From Halomicrobium mukohataei DSM 12286 (GTDB lineage Archaea; Halobacteriota; Halobacteria; Halobacteriales; Haloarculaceae), in the NCBI RefSeq assembly GCF_000023965.1, contig NC_013202.1, positions 2,730,001-2,762,000 on the forward strand: 32,000 bases of DNA, in the 5' to 3' direction. Within the stretch, counting starts at the first letter, position 1. Every line of letters starts with the position of its first letter. Below the pieces are notes generated by a model. The model saw only the letters and a list, made by a program, of their open reading frames with translations. It was not told where the DNA came from and ran no database searches. Shown piece after piece: positions 1 through 9,392 of this stretch. A program made the position numbers and the translations under genes.

Positions 1-1
1 G

Positions 2-772
2 GCCGCCGAGCCGGGCCTGTCGGCGAGTCAGCTCCGCGAACGGCTCAAGTCGACGGCCGACGGCGTCGGACTACCCGGCGACCAGCAGGGCTCGGGCCGG
101 GTCGATGCCGCCGACATCGTCCGTGCCAGCGGCGACCCGCCGGACAACGAGACACCGTCGGCCTCCGCCGCCGCCGATCCGACGGATCCCAGCGTCGGCG
201 AGAGCGTGACCTTCGACGGGAGCGCCTCGTCCGACCCCGACGGCACGATCGAGAGCTACCAGTGGGACTTCGGGGACGGGAACACCGGATCTGGCGTGAC
301 TGTGGAACACAGTTACGACGCTGCCGGGGAGTACCAGGCGACCCTGACCGTGACCGACGACAGCGGTTCCTCGACGACCGACGGCGTCGTCGTGAACGTC
401 GCAAGCGGCGGCGGGGACTGCAGTCAGAGCGCCTCGGGGAGTGCCGACGGCCGGCTCACCGGCTGGCGAGACAGCGACAGTTACACCTGGGCGAGTCAGT
501 TCTCGTCGACCTGTGAACTGACGGTCGATCTCTCGGGAGCGTCGGGGACAGACTTCGATCTCTACGTCACCGCGGACGGCCGGACGCCGACGACCAACGA
601 CTACGACGCACGGTCGGTGTCGAGCGACAGCGAGGAGTCGGTGACGCTGTCGGAGATCGGTGACTCGGTCGGCATCCTCGTCGACTCCTATCGGGGCAGC
701 GGCTCCTACACGGTCAGTGTCGAGGAGACCGGCGCGGGCACTCAGGCGACCGCCAGTTCGGAGGGACTGTAA
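2..772 (+). CDS. Secreted subtilisin-like (S8, halolysin-type) protease, C-terminal part only (5' end lies outside the window): PKD domain followed by a pre-peptidase C-terminal (PPC)-like domain
   Basis: Frame 2 is open from the window edge (AAEPGLSASQLRERLKSTADGVGLPGDQQGSGRVDAADIV resembles the end of an S8 catalytic domain). It continues with VTFDGSASSDPDGTIESYQWDFGDGN...YQATLTVTDDSG (PKD signature) and a DFDLYV...SYRGSGSYTVSVEE beta domain. Composition is acidic. Stop TAA at 770-772. Confidence 0.8.
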   Translation, partial: AAEPGLSASQLRERLKSTADGVGLPGDQQGSGRVDAADIVRASGDPPDNETPSASAAADPTDPSVGESVTFDGSASSDPDGTIESYQWDFGDGNTGSGVTVEHSYDAAGEYQATLTVTDDSGSSTTDGVVVNVASGGGDCSQSASGSADGRLTGWRDSDSYTWASQFSSTCELTVDLSGASGTDFDLYVTADGRTPTTNDYDARSVSSDSEESVTLSEIGDSVGILVDSYRGSGSYTVSVEETGAGTQATASSEGL

Positions 773-842
773 CGCGAGTCGGGCAGTATCGACCGACGCG
801 TCACCGCAATCCCGACGAGCGAGTACGACCGGATTCTGTAAT

Positions 843-850
843 TCTTTTAC
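843..850 (+). promoter_or_regulatory. TATA-box-like element (TCTTTTAC) about 27 nt upstream of the grpE ATG; implies a leaderless or near-leaderless mRNA
   Basis: AT-rich octamer in an otherwise GC-rich spacer, at the canonical archaeal distance from the start codon at 874. Confidence 0.35.
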
Positions 851-873
851 CCGCGCGACCCCCTGCTACAGGT

Positions 874-1533
874 ATGACCGAGCAGGACGCGGCAGAGACC
901 GAGGCGTCGTCCGGCGAAGCCGACGAGGACGGGACCGAACGAGAGGACGCCGACGCGTCGGGCGAGTCCGCATCCGAGGAGCGTGTCGACGAGGACGCCG
1001 ACGAGGAACTGATCGAACGGGTCGCCGAGTCGGATCCCGAAGAGATCGCCACCGAGCTAGCGGCGCTGCGGACACGCGTCGACGGCCTCGAAGGAGAGGT
1101 CGACGAGCGCGACGCGGCGATCGACGACCTGGAGTCGAAGCTCAAGCGCAAGCAAGCCGAGTTCCAGAACTACAAGAAGCGAATGAAAAAGCGCCGGGAA
1201 GAAGAGAAAAAGCGCGCCACGGAGAATCTCGTCTCGAAACTGCTCGACGTGCGCGACAACCTCCAGCGTGCGCTCGAACAGGACGAAGACGTGGACATCC
1301 GCGACGGCGTCGAATCGACGCTCCGACAGTTCAACGACGTGCTCGACGCCGAGAACGTCGACGTGATCGAACCCGAACCGGGTACCGACGTGGACCCCGA
1401 GTACCACCAGGTACTGGCCCGCGTCGACTCCGACCAGCCCGAGGGGACCATCGACGAGGTCCACCGGGCGGGCTACGTGATGGCCGAGAAGGTGCTTCGG
1501 GAGGCACAGGTCACCGTCAGCGAGGGCGAGTAG
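874..1533 (+). CDS. grpE: Nucleotide exchange factor GrpE
   Basis: 219 aa. Acidic N-terminal tail, long charged coiled-coil (LESKLKRKQAEFQNYKKRMKKRREEEKKRA), and a C-terminal beta domain (PEYHQVLARVDS...GTIDEVHRAGYVMAEKVLREAQVTVS) typical of GrpE. Sits immediately upstream of dnaK. Confidence 0.93.
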   Translation: MTEQDAAETEASSGEADEDGTEREDADASGESASEERVDEDADEELIERVAESDPEEIATELAALRTRVDGLEGEVDERDAAIDDLESKLKRKQAEFQNYKKRMKKRREEEKKRATENLVSKLLDVRDNLQRALEQDEDVDIRDGVESTLRQFNDVLDAENVDVIEPEPGTDVDPEYHQVLARVDSDQPEGTIDEVHRAGYVMAEKVLREAQVTVSEGE

Positions 1534-1687
1534 ACACTCGATCCGACACCTGGCGAGTCCGGCGTAGAACCACTCTGAGCGGTAGTATTGTGGTTGGGTT
1601 TATATCCACCGGTCGAATAGTCACCACTGGTCGAAAACGGTACGCATGCGGTCCCTCCCCGTGATTCCTCACCATCGAATCTAGCAA

Positions 1688-1695
1688 CTTTTAAC
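1688..1695 (+). promoter_or_regulatory. TATA-box-like element (CTTTTAAC) about 30 nt upstream of the dnaK ATG
   Basis: AT-rich element in the 189-bp grpE-dnaK spacer. Same CTTTT core as the elements upstream of grpE and dnaJ. Confidence 0.35.
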
Positions 1696-1722
1696 CGGCG
1701 CAATCGGGTATAGACGAGTAAG

Positions 1723-3615
<1,893 letters not shown>

Positions 3616-3633
<18 letters not shown>

Positions 3634-3832
3634 AAGGACGAGTCGTCTTCGTCTGCACGGAAGACGAGGACTGAAAGGACGAGTCGTCTTCGTCTGCACG
3701 GAAGACGAGGACTGAAAGGACGAGTCGTCTTCGTCTGCACGGAAGACGAGGACTGAAAGGACGAGTCGTCTTCGTCTGCACGGAAGACGAGGACTGAAAG
3801 GACGAGTCGTCTTCGTCTGCACGGAAGACGAG
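3616..3832. repeat. Tandem array of a 41-bp unit (GGAAGACGAGGACTGAAAGGACGAGTCGTCTTCGTCTGCAC). One degenerate copy overlaps the last dnaK codons and stop, followed by four perfect copies and a 10-bp partial copy
   Basis: Direct reading gives perfect units at 3659-3699, 3700-3740, 3741-3781 and 3782-3822. The first copy (3616-3658) has a 3-nt CGA insertion and contains the dnaK stop TGA (3631-3633). Each unit carries GAAGACGA/TCGTCTTC inverted 8-mers. Confidence 0.95.
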
Positions 3833-4098
3833 CGGAGCGAAGTCTTCCGGTGTTTCGAAAAGTGAGCGAAGCGAACTTTTCGAAGAGGACGACGACGAAG
3901 AGTCGTCCTCCTGAGCCTATCAGAAATCTCCGATTTCTGAGGACGTCGAGGAAAACGACGAAGACGAGTAAAAACGAGTCTGAGGAGCTTTTCTCGGCTC
4001 GATAGACGAACGCGGTGAGTCTATCGGTGTTTCAGAAAGCGAGCGTAAGCGAGCTTTCTGAAGTGGACGAAGACGACGAATAGTCGCCGTCCTACGAT
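3823..4098. repeat. Field of six short perfect hairpins plus three decayed copies of the dnaK 3' tail (acidic codons followed by a stop)
   Basis: Hairpins read directly:
- 3823-3848: GGAAGAC/GTCTTCC.
- 3853-3884: TTTCGAAAAGT / ACTTTTCGAA, loop GAGCGAAGCGA.
- 3885-3910: GAGGACGAC/GTCGTCCTC.
- 3920-3940: TCAGAAAT/ATTTCTGA.
- 4000-4026: CGATAGAC/GTCTATCG.
- 4030-4062: TTTCAGAAAGC / GCTTTCTGAA, loop GAGCGTAAGCGA.
Tail-like remnants lie at 3879-3914, 3939-3971 and 4057-4083. Confidence 0.6.
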
Positions 4099-4508
4099 CC
4101 GTCTTCGGTCGCGCGTTCGTATCGCCGTGTGAACCGGAGGAGATCCCGAACCGGGTCCGGAAACTCACGCAGTCGAACGTCGCCGGTGGCGCTATCGTAC
4201 TCGATTAGCGTCGCTTCGGCGAGCTCTGGGAGGTGGACGTGGCGGAGTTCGATCGCGACGCGGTCGCGTTCGGTCGGGTCGACCGGGCCGTCGGCGGTCG
4301 AACGCTGGCCGGCGAGCAGCGTCGCCAGCGTCTCGACCGTCGTTCGAGGCTCGTCGAACAGGTAACACAGCGTCTGCCGCCTGACCGTCGACGCGAACAC
4401 GTCGAAGAGCCGGTCCAGATCCGGCAGGTCACCTGTTGCATCGGTCCCACTGTCGAGGTGCCCGAGCGGCGGCGTCCCATCCCCAGCATTGTTATCCATT
4501 GACAACAC
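4092..4508 (-). CDS. Small haloarchaeal winged-helix protein (DUF7344-like / ArsR-like HTH), putative transcription regulator
   Basis: 138 aa, acidic. The core LFDVFASTVRRQTLCYLFDEP...TVETLATLLAG...RDRVAIELRHVHLPELAEATLIEYD parallels the 20.9-kb paralog (IFEVLQNKRRRYVIQYL...RVYTTLQQTHLPKMDKAGIVAYD). The family name is from memory, not a search. Confidence 0.72.
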   Translation of the reverse strand: MLSMDNNAGDGTPPLGHLDSGTDATGDLPDLDRLFDVFASTVRRQTLCYLFDEPRTTVETLATLLAGQRSTADGPVDPTERDRVAIELRHVHLPELAEATLIEYDSATGDVRLREFPDPVRDLLRFTRRYERATEDGS

Positions 4509-4647
4509 CAGGAGACACGTTCACAGGGGTTGATTATTTAGATACCGGTTGTATACCTAAGATGTCGTTGCGATTGGGGTCGTCCGGCGCGTTCGTTCCG
4601 AGTGGATAACCACAACACCCATTGTTCTCAGTTCGCAACGCTCCGGT

Positions 4648-5451
4648 ATGACCGAGCTACCACCGGTCGGGATCGGAACGTGGGAGAACACGGACCCCGA
4701 GGCGTGCGCGAACGCCGTCCAGACGGCCCTGGAGATGGGGTATCGCCACGTCGACACCGCCGACATCTACGGCAACGAGGAACACGTCGGCGAGGGAATC
4801 GAGCGTGCGGACGTGGATCGCGAGTCGTTCGTCCTCGCCTCGAAGGCCCACACGCAGGCGACGGGGCTGACCTACGACGCCGTAGTCGAGACCGCCGAGC
4901 AGAGCCTCGATCGACTCGGCGTCGACGCGCTCGACCTCTTCTACGTCCACTGGCCGACGGGAGAGTACGACGCAGAGGAGACGCTGCCGGCGTTCGACGA
5001 ACTGGTCGCAGACGGACTGATCCGGGAGGTCGGCGTCTCGAACTTCACGCCCGAACTGGTCGAGGAGGCGATGGAGATACTCGATGCGCCGCTGTTCGCG
5101 AACCAGGTCGAGATGCACCCGCTACTCCAGCAAGAGGAGCTCGTCGCCCACGCACAGGCACACGATTACTACCTCGTCGCGTACTCGCCGCTGGCACGGG
5201 GCGACGTGTTCGACGTCCCCGAAGTGAGCGAGGTCGCCGACAAACACGGCGTCAGCGAGGCCCAGGTCAGTCTCGCCTGGCTGCGCTCGAAGGACAACGT
5301 CGTCGCGATTCCGAAGGCGACCAGCCGGGCACACATCGAGGACAACTACGCGAGCCTCGACCTCGAACTCGACGAGGAAGACGTCGCGACGATCGACGAG
5401 ATCGAACGCGAGGATCGCCACCTCGACTTCGACGCAGCACCCTGGAACTAA
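4648..5451 (+). CDS. Aldo/keto reductase (2,5-diketo-D-gluconate reductase-like)
   Basis: 267 aa. GIGTWEN...GYRHVDTADIYGNEE...LASKAH...LFYVHWP...ANQVEMHPLLQQ...AYSPLARG...IPKATSRAHIEDN matches the AKR fold and its D-Y-K-H catalytic tetrad pattern. Confidence 0.92.
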   Translation: MTELPPVGIGTWENTDPEACANAVQTALEMGYRHVDTADIYGNEEHVGEGIERADVDRESFVLASKAHTQATGLTYDAVVETAEQSLDRLGVDALDLFYVHWPTGEYDAEETLPAFDELVADGLIREVGVSNFTPELVEEAMEILDAPLFANQVEMHPLLQQEELVAHAQAHDYYLVAYSPLARGDVFDVPEVSEVADKHGVSEAQVSLAWLRSKDNVVAIPKATSRAHIEDNYASLDLELDEEDVATIDEIEREDRHLDFDAAPWN

Positions 5452-5532
5452 GTAGCCATTGAAAACCAATGCACACCCGATCGCACGACGGCAGTGCGAT
5501 CGGTGTGTAAATCGTTTCAATTGTTACTATAG
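5448..5532. mobile_element. MITE-like palindromic element, copy 1 (85 bp; left terminus CTA-AG carries a 1-nt deletion relative to the other copies)
   Basis: Near-identical to 8150-8235 and 25986-26071. Terminal inverted repeats are CTATAGTAGCCATTGAAA / TTTCAATTGTTACTATAG. The central 15-bp palindrome is CACACCCGATCGCAC...GTGCGATCGGTGTG. It has no coding capacity and overlaps the AKR stop codon. Confidence 0.75.
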
Positions 5533-5578
5533 GTGCCGGAAAACGCAGTAACAGTCCGTCTCGATCGGTCAGAGTCGA

Positions 5579-6088
5579 TCAGTTCGCGCCGACCGCGTAG
5601 GTGTCGAGCGTCACCGTCTGCGCTCCGGCCCCACCAAGCGGCCGACCGGTCCAGCGTACCTCGACGGTCACACCGGCGGTCAGGGGGAAGCCGACCGTTC
5701 GATCGGCGTCGAAGTAGTCACCGTCACCGTCGGCGTCGACCGTCGGATCGTCGAGCGAGAGCGTCCCGCCGGGAGCGAGTTTCTCGCCGCCGTCCTCGGA
5801 CCAGTTCACCGTCGCCACGTTCGTCCCTGACTCACCGGTCACGACGAGCGCGAGCCGTGCCGTCGAGACGGTGTCGCCACCGGCGTGGGTGATCGTCACG
5901 GTGTGCGTGTCGGCGTCGTAGGAGCCGTCGAAAGAGGCCGTCGGCGGGTCGACGATCCCCGCGCCGGACGCACCGACGGCGAGCACGACGACGGCGACGG
6001 CGACGCCGGCCGCGAGCCAGACGGCCACGCGCTCGACGCCGAACGCCGCCCGGACGTAGTCACTCACTTCCATCGCTTCGGGAGTCAC
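5579..6088 (-). CDS. Membrane-anchored or secreted protein with a DUF1628-type (archaeal pilin-like) beta domain but a divergent N-terminus
   Basis: 169 aa. One N-terminal hydrophobic helix (VAVWLAAGVAVAVVVLAVGA) followed by PTASFDGSYDADTHTVTITHAGGDTV. That stretch aligns with [22 protein letters not shown] and ASFGFEYDSDKGEVTVTHQGGDQI of the two pilin-like genes at 20-22 kb. The start could instead be the internal Met at 6073. Confidence 0.62.
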   Translation of the reverse strand: MTPEAMEVSDYVRAAFGVERVAVWLAAGVAVAVVVLAVGASGAGIVDPPTASFDGSYDADTHTVTITHAGGDTVSTARLALVVTGESGTNVATVNWSEDGGEKLAPGGTLSLDDPTVDADGDGDYFDADRTVGFPLTAGVTVEVRWTGRPLGGAGAQTVTLDTYAVGAN

Positions 6089-6163
6089 GAGGGAGCGTCT
6101 TGAATCGGTCGATGCCCGGTCGAAGCCGTCGAACCGTCATCGCGCACTCGTCCCCGACCCGTT

Positions 6164-6171
6164 CTTTTCAA
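6164..6171 (+). promoter_or_regulatory. TATA-box-like element (CTTTTCAA) about 33 nt upstream of the dnaJ ATG
   Basis: AT-rich element with the same CTTTT core seen upstream of grpE and dnaK. Confidence 0.3.
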
Positions 6172-6201
6172 GTAGCTCAATCGTCTACGGGTGGACAACG
6201 A

Positions 6202-7362
6202 ATGAGCGAGGACTTCTACGAAGTACTCGGGGTCTCCCGGGACGCCAGCGAAGACGAGATCAAAGACGCGTACCGGAAGAAAGCACAGGAGTACCACCCC
6301 GACGTCTCCGACGACCCGAACGCCGAGGAGAAGTTCAAGAAGATACAGAAGGCAAAGGAGGTCCTCACCGACGAGGAGAAACGCCAGATGTACGATCAGG
6401 TCGGCCACGAGCGGTTCGAGCAGGCCGAGAAACACGGCGGCGTCGGCGGTGGCGGTGCCGGCGGTGCCGGTGGCAGCGGCCCGTTCGGCGGTGCCGGGGG
6501 CGGCGGTCCCTTCGGTGGCGGTGGCGGGATGGGCGACATCTTCGACCAGTTCTTCGGCGGCGGCCGCTCCAGCAGCGGGCCCCAGCAGGGACAGGACCTC
6601 AAGACCTCCGTCACGATCGATCTCGAAGAGGCCTACGACGGCGTCGAGAAGGAACTCACAGTCCGCCGGCCAGAGACCTGCTCGGACTGTAACGGACGGG
6701 GCCACCCGCCCGACAGCGACTCCCGGACCTGCCCGCAGTGTAACGGCCAGGGACAGCAGACGACTGTCCAGCAGACGCCGATGGGACGCGTCCAGCAGAC
6801 CCAGACCTGCCGGCGCTGTGAGGGCGACGGGACGCTGTACGACGAGACCTGTTCGACCTGTCGCGGCGACGGGACGGTCCGCAACCAGGCGACGCTGACC
6901 GTCGAGGTCCCGGCCGGCATCCAGGACGGCCAGACCCTCCGGATGAACGGCGAGGGCGCGCCCGGCGACCGGGGCGCGCGCAACGGCGACCTCCTGATCG
7001 AGGTGTCGGTCCGTGACCACCCCGAGTTCGACCGCGACGGCGCGGATCTGCACTACCACCTCCCGATCTCCTTCCCGCAGGCCGTCTTCGGCGACACCGC
7101 CGAGGTCGAGACGTTCGACGGCACCGTCGAGTTCGACGTGCCGTCGGGCACCCAGAGCGGCGAAGTGTTCCGCCTCTCTGGCAAGGGGATGCCCCGACTC
7201 CGGCGGCGCGGGGAGGGCGACCTCTACGTCGAGGTCCAGGTCGTGACGCCCGACGAGCTGACCGACGAACAGCGCGACGCGCTCAAGCAGTTCGCCGAGG
7301 CCGGCGGCGAGGAGGTCTCGGTCGACGAGGGGTTCTTCGAGAAGCTGAAGAACTCGCTGTAG
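6202..7362 (+). CDS. dnaJ: Hsp40 co-chaperone DnaJ (type I)
   Basis: Start set at the internal Met of the 6100 ORF (MSEDFYEVLGV). J domain with HPD, G/F-rich linker, four CxxCxGxG zinc motifs (CSDCNGRG, CPQCNGQG, CRRCEGDG, CSTCRGDG) and a C-terminal substrate-binding domain. Confidence 0.95.
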   Translation: MSEDFYEVLGVSRDASEDEIKDAYRKKAQEYHPDVSDDPNAEEKFKKIQKAKEVLTDEEKRQMYDQVGHERFEQAEKHGGVGGGGAGGAGGSGPFGGAGGGGPFGGGGGMGDIFDQFFGGGRSSSGPQQGQDLKTSVTIDLEEAYDGVEKELTVRRPETCSDCNGRGHPPDSDSRTCPQCNGQGQQTTVQQTPMGRVQQTQTCRRCEGDGTLYDETCSTCRGDGTVRNQATLTVEVPAGIQDGQTLRMNGEGAPGDRGARNGDLLIEVSVRDHPEFDRDGADLHYHLPISFPQAVFGDTAEVETFDGTVEFDVPSGTQSGEVFRLSGKGMPRLRRRGEGDLYVEVQVVTPDELTDEQRDALKQFAEAGGEEVSVDEGFFEKLKNSL

Positions 7363-7405
7363 CCGGATCCGCCGTCTTTTCTTACCCCGTCCCTAACTGC
7401 CGGCC

Positions 7406-8149
7406 ATGCAGACACTCGGGGACCTCGTCGCCGACGCACGCGACAGCGACGGTTCGCTGTTCGCGTCGAGCGACCGAGCCGCACCGTACAGCTACGCCGA
7501 CTTCGCGATCAACGTCTGGAAGACGGGGAATCTCTTGCGCCACTACGGCGTCCGCGAGGGGGCTCGCGTTGCCGTCGTCGTCGGTCCGAAAGCGCCGACT
7601 GCGGACGACGAACCGGGCTGGCTCGGCGGGACACCGGACCCCGTCCTCGCCGTCCTCGCGGCGGCGGTCGACGGCGCGGTCGTCGATCTCGCACCGCCGA
7701 CGGCCGTCGACGCGAAGGCGATGATCGCACCCGACGACTGGGTCGCCCGCTACGAGCTGGCACCCGGCACGAAGGCACTGGCCTACGGTGGACCGCCCGA
7801 CGATCCGACCGTCGCACACCTCGAACGCGAGGCCTGGAGCGAGAACCCACTGGCACCGCCCGCGGCGCTCGATCCGGACGATCCCGTGCTGGCGGCCGAC
7901 CGCACGTACACCCACGGCGAGTTGCTGGCCGGAGCCGACCGCGTCGTCGACGAGTACGATCTCACCGCAAGCGACGAGGTGACGATCGCCGCGCCCCTGA
8001 CCGAGCCGGGGACGCTAATCGCCGGTGTGCTTGCCCCCATGCGAACCGGTGCGACGATCTTGCTGGGCGAGGATCAGTCCGGTACCGTAGCTGTCGGGGA
8101 CGGTGCCTCGACTGGAGCGCGCGTGATCGATCCGAAAAGCGTCCGCTGA
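7406..8149 (+). CDS. Conserved-looking hypothetical protein resembling the N-terminal half of an adenylate-forming (ANL/AMP-binding) enzyme, without a recognisable P-loop
   Basis: 247 aa. YSYADFAINVWKTGNLLRHYGVREGARVAVVV and TYTHGELLAGADRVVDEYDLTASDEVTIAAPLTEPGTLIAGVLAPMRTGATILLG follow the ANL N-domain pattern. The SGTTGxPKG motif position reads LAADRTYTHGE. The stop TGA directly abuts MITE copy 2. Confidence 0.55.
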   Translation: MQTLGDLVADARDSDGSLFASSDRAAPYSYADFAINVWKTGNLLRHYGVREGARVAVVVGPKAPTADDEPGWLGGTPDPVLAVLAAAVDGAVVDLAPPTAVDAKAMIAPDDWVARYELAPGTKALAYGGPPDDPTVAHLEREAWSENPLAPPAALDPDDPVLAADRTYTHGELLAGADRVVDEYDLTASDEVTIAAPLTEPGTLIAGVLAPMRTGATILLGEDQSGTVAVGDGASTGARVIDPKSVR

Positions 8150-8235
8150 CTATAGTAGCCGTTGAAAATCAATGCACACCCGATCGCACGACGGCAGTGC
8201 GATCGGTGTGTGAATCGTTTCAATTGTTACTATAG
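8150..8235. mobile_element. MITE-like palindromic element, copy 2 (86 bp)
   Basis: Same element as 5448-5532 and 25986-26071. It sits between two convergent genes. Its right end provides the last four codons and the stop of the minus-strand ORF 8220-8417. Confidence 0.75.
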
Positions 8236-8417
8236 TGGCTGGCGCGGTACTCGCCGTGCTTGACGCCGACGAACAGGACGAGCAGTCCGAACACGAGCAG
8301 TCCGCCGGTGATACCGAAGCTCAGCGTCTGGGGCATGGGACTGGTGATCGTCCCACCGGCGAGCACGCCGAACAGGACGACGAACGCGGCTGCGGTGACC
8401 GTGGTGTTGAACTCCAT
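8220..8417 (-). CDS. Small two-TM membrane protein (hypothetical)
   Basis: 65 aa with two hydrophobic helices (AAAFVVLFGVLAGG, GGLLVFGLLVLFVGV). The C-terminal ...YSNN and the stop lie inside MITE copy 2. Confidence 0.5.
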   Translation of the reverse strand: MEFNTTVTAAAFVVLFGVLAGGTITSPMPQTLSFGITGGLLVFGLLVLFVGVKHGEYRASHYSNN

Positions 8418-8476
8418 GTGTGACGCTTAGCTGCTGCGATCAAAAGCCTTGTCGAGACGGTGATTCCCGCGGGCGG

Positions 8477-9217
8477 TCACGTCGGACGCACGAGGTCGGC
8501 GAGCGTGACCAGGATCCCCAGCAGCCAGCCAAGCGGCACCGAAATGGCGAACCAGATGATTGCATGGGCGGCTCCCTCCCGCTCGAAGTTGGCCCGGAGG
8601 AACTCCCCGGCACCGAGCGGGTCCATCACGGTGAACAGGAGCCAGCGCGCGAGGCTGTCACTCAGCGGGATCACGGCGTCGGCGACGGCCGGCGAGAACA
8701 GCGCCGCGACGACCGGCGGCAGGAAGATCGCCGTCACGCCGAACGGGTACGAGACGAAGACGGTCACCGCTCGTCCGCCAGCGCGTCGCGTGAGCACCGC
8801 CAGCGCGGCCGAGACGGTCGCTACGAGGCTGGCGGCGGCGACCGCGACGATTCCGCCGGTCGCGAGGGCGAGCTGGTACCGTGCGAGCGCGATCAGGCCC
8901 CCCCAGACGAGCACCGACAGCACGACGACGCCGACGACGCCGAGCCGCGTCGCGGTGCTGTCGACCCGTCGCGTCTGGAACCGGAGAAAGGCACCCAGCA
9001 AGACGAGCGGATAGGTCAAAGCGACGACCGGGAGGCCGACGGCCGACCAGAGGCGGTAGAGGGCGAGTCCGAGCTGGCTGTCGGGCGTCCACTTGCCCAG
9101 CACGCTCTCGTCCGTGGCCCGCTGGCGGGGATAGACCAGCGCCATCCAGGTCTCGTGAAGCCGTTTGATGTCGATCCGGATCCCCCCGACGATGCCCTGT
9201 TCGCTCCCGGCTGACAT
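8477..9217 (-). CDS. Polytopic membrane protein (hypothetical, about 6 TM)
   Basis: Start set at the internal Met (MSAGSEQGIVGG...). The 24 codons upstream are Cys/Pro/basic junk. Multiple hydrophobic segments and haloarchaeal codon bias. Confidence 0.65.
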   Translation of the reverse strand: MSAGSEQGIVGGIRIDIKRLHETWMALVYPRQRATDESVLGKWTPDSQLGLALYRLWSAVGLPVVALTYPLVLLGAFLRFQTRRVDSTATRLGVVGVVVLSVLVWGGLIALARYQLALATGGIVAVAAASLVATVSAALAVLTRRAGGRAVTVFVSYPFGVTAIFLPPVVAALFSPAVADAVIPLSDSLARWLLFTVMDPLGAGEFLRANFEREGAAHAIIWFAISVPLGWLLGILVTLADLVRPT

Positions 9218-9360
9218 ACTTCGTCGTTTGGGTGGCCCCCATTTAACGGCTTGTGGCTGTGAATCCGTCACCGCAACTGGACAGCACACCGACAGCCGTC
9301 AGAGCGGTGTGGTCGCGGGACTCCAGAGCAGTCGTCGGTGGTCGGGGAGCCGTATCGAAG

Positions 9361-9368
9361 TATATACT
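9361..9368 (+). promoter_or_regulatory. TATA box (TATATACT) about 28 nt upstream of the halocyanin ATG; leaderless type
   Basis: Strong AT-rich octamer in a GC-rich spacer at canonical distance from 9393. Confidence 0.4.
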
Positions 9369-9392
9369 ACGGGGGACACCCAAGCGCCGCGT

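Noticed and set aside
660-1664. 334-aa Arg-rich ORF overlapping the protease end and all of grpE in another frame
   Set aside because: Extreme Arg/Gly/Pro content and no acidic bias. It overlaps two well-supported genes, so it is a frame-shifted shadow ORF.
6085-7059. 324-aa ORF antisense to dnaJ; also 8420-9214 (+), 10659-11822 (+), 15083-16033 (-) and 17985-19034 (-)
   Set aside because: All lie opposite or out of frame to genes with unambiguous family motifs. They have Arg/Gly/Asp-rich low-complexity composition, so they are shadow ORFs.
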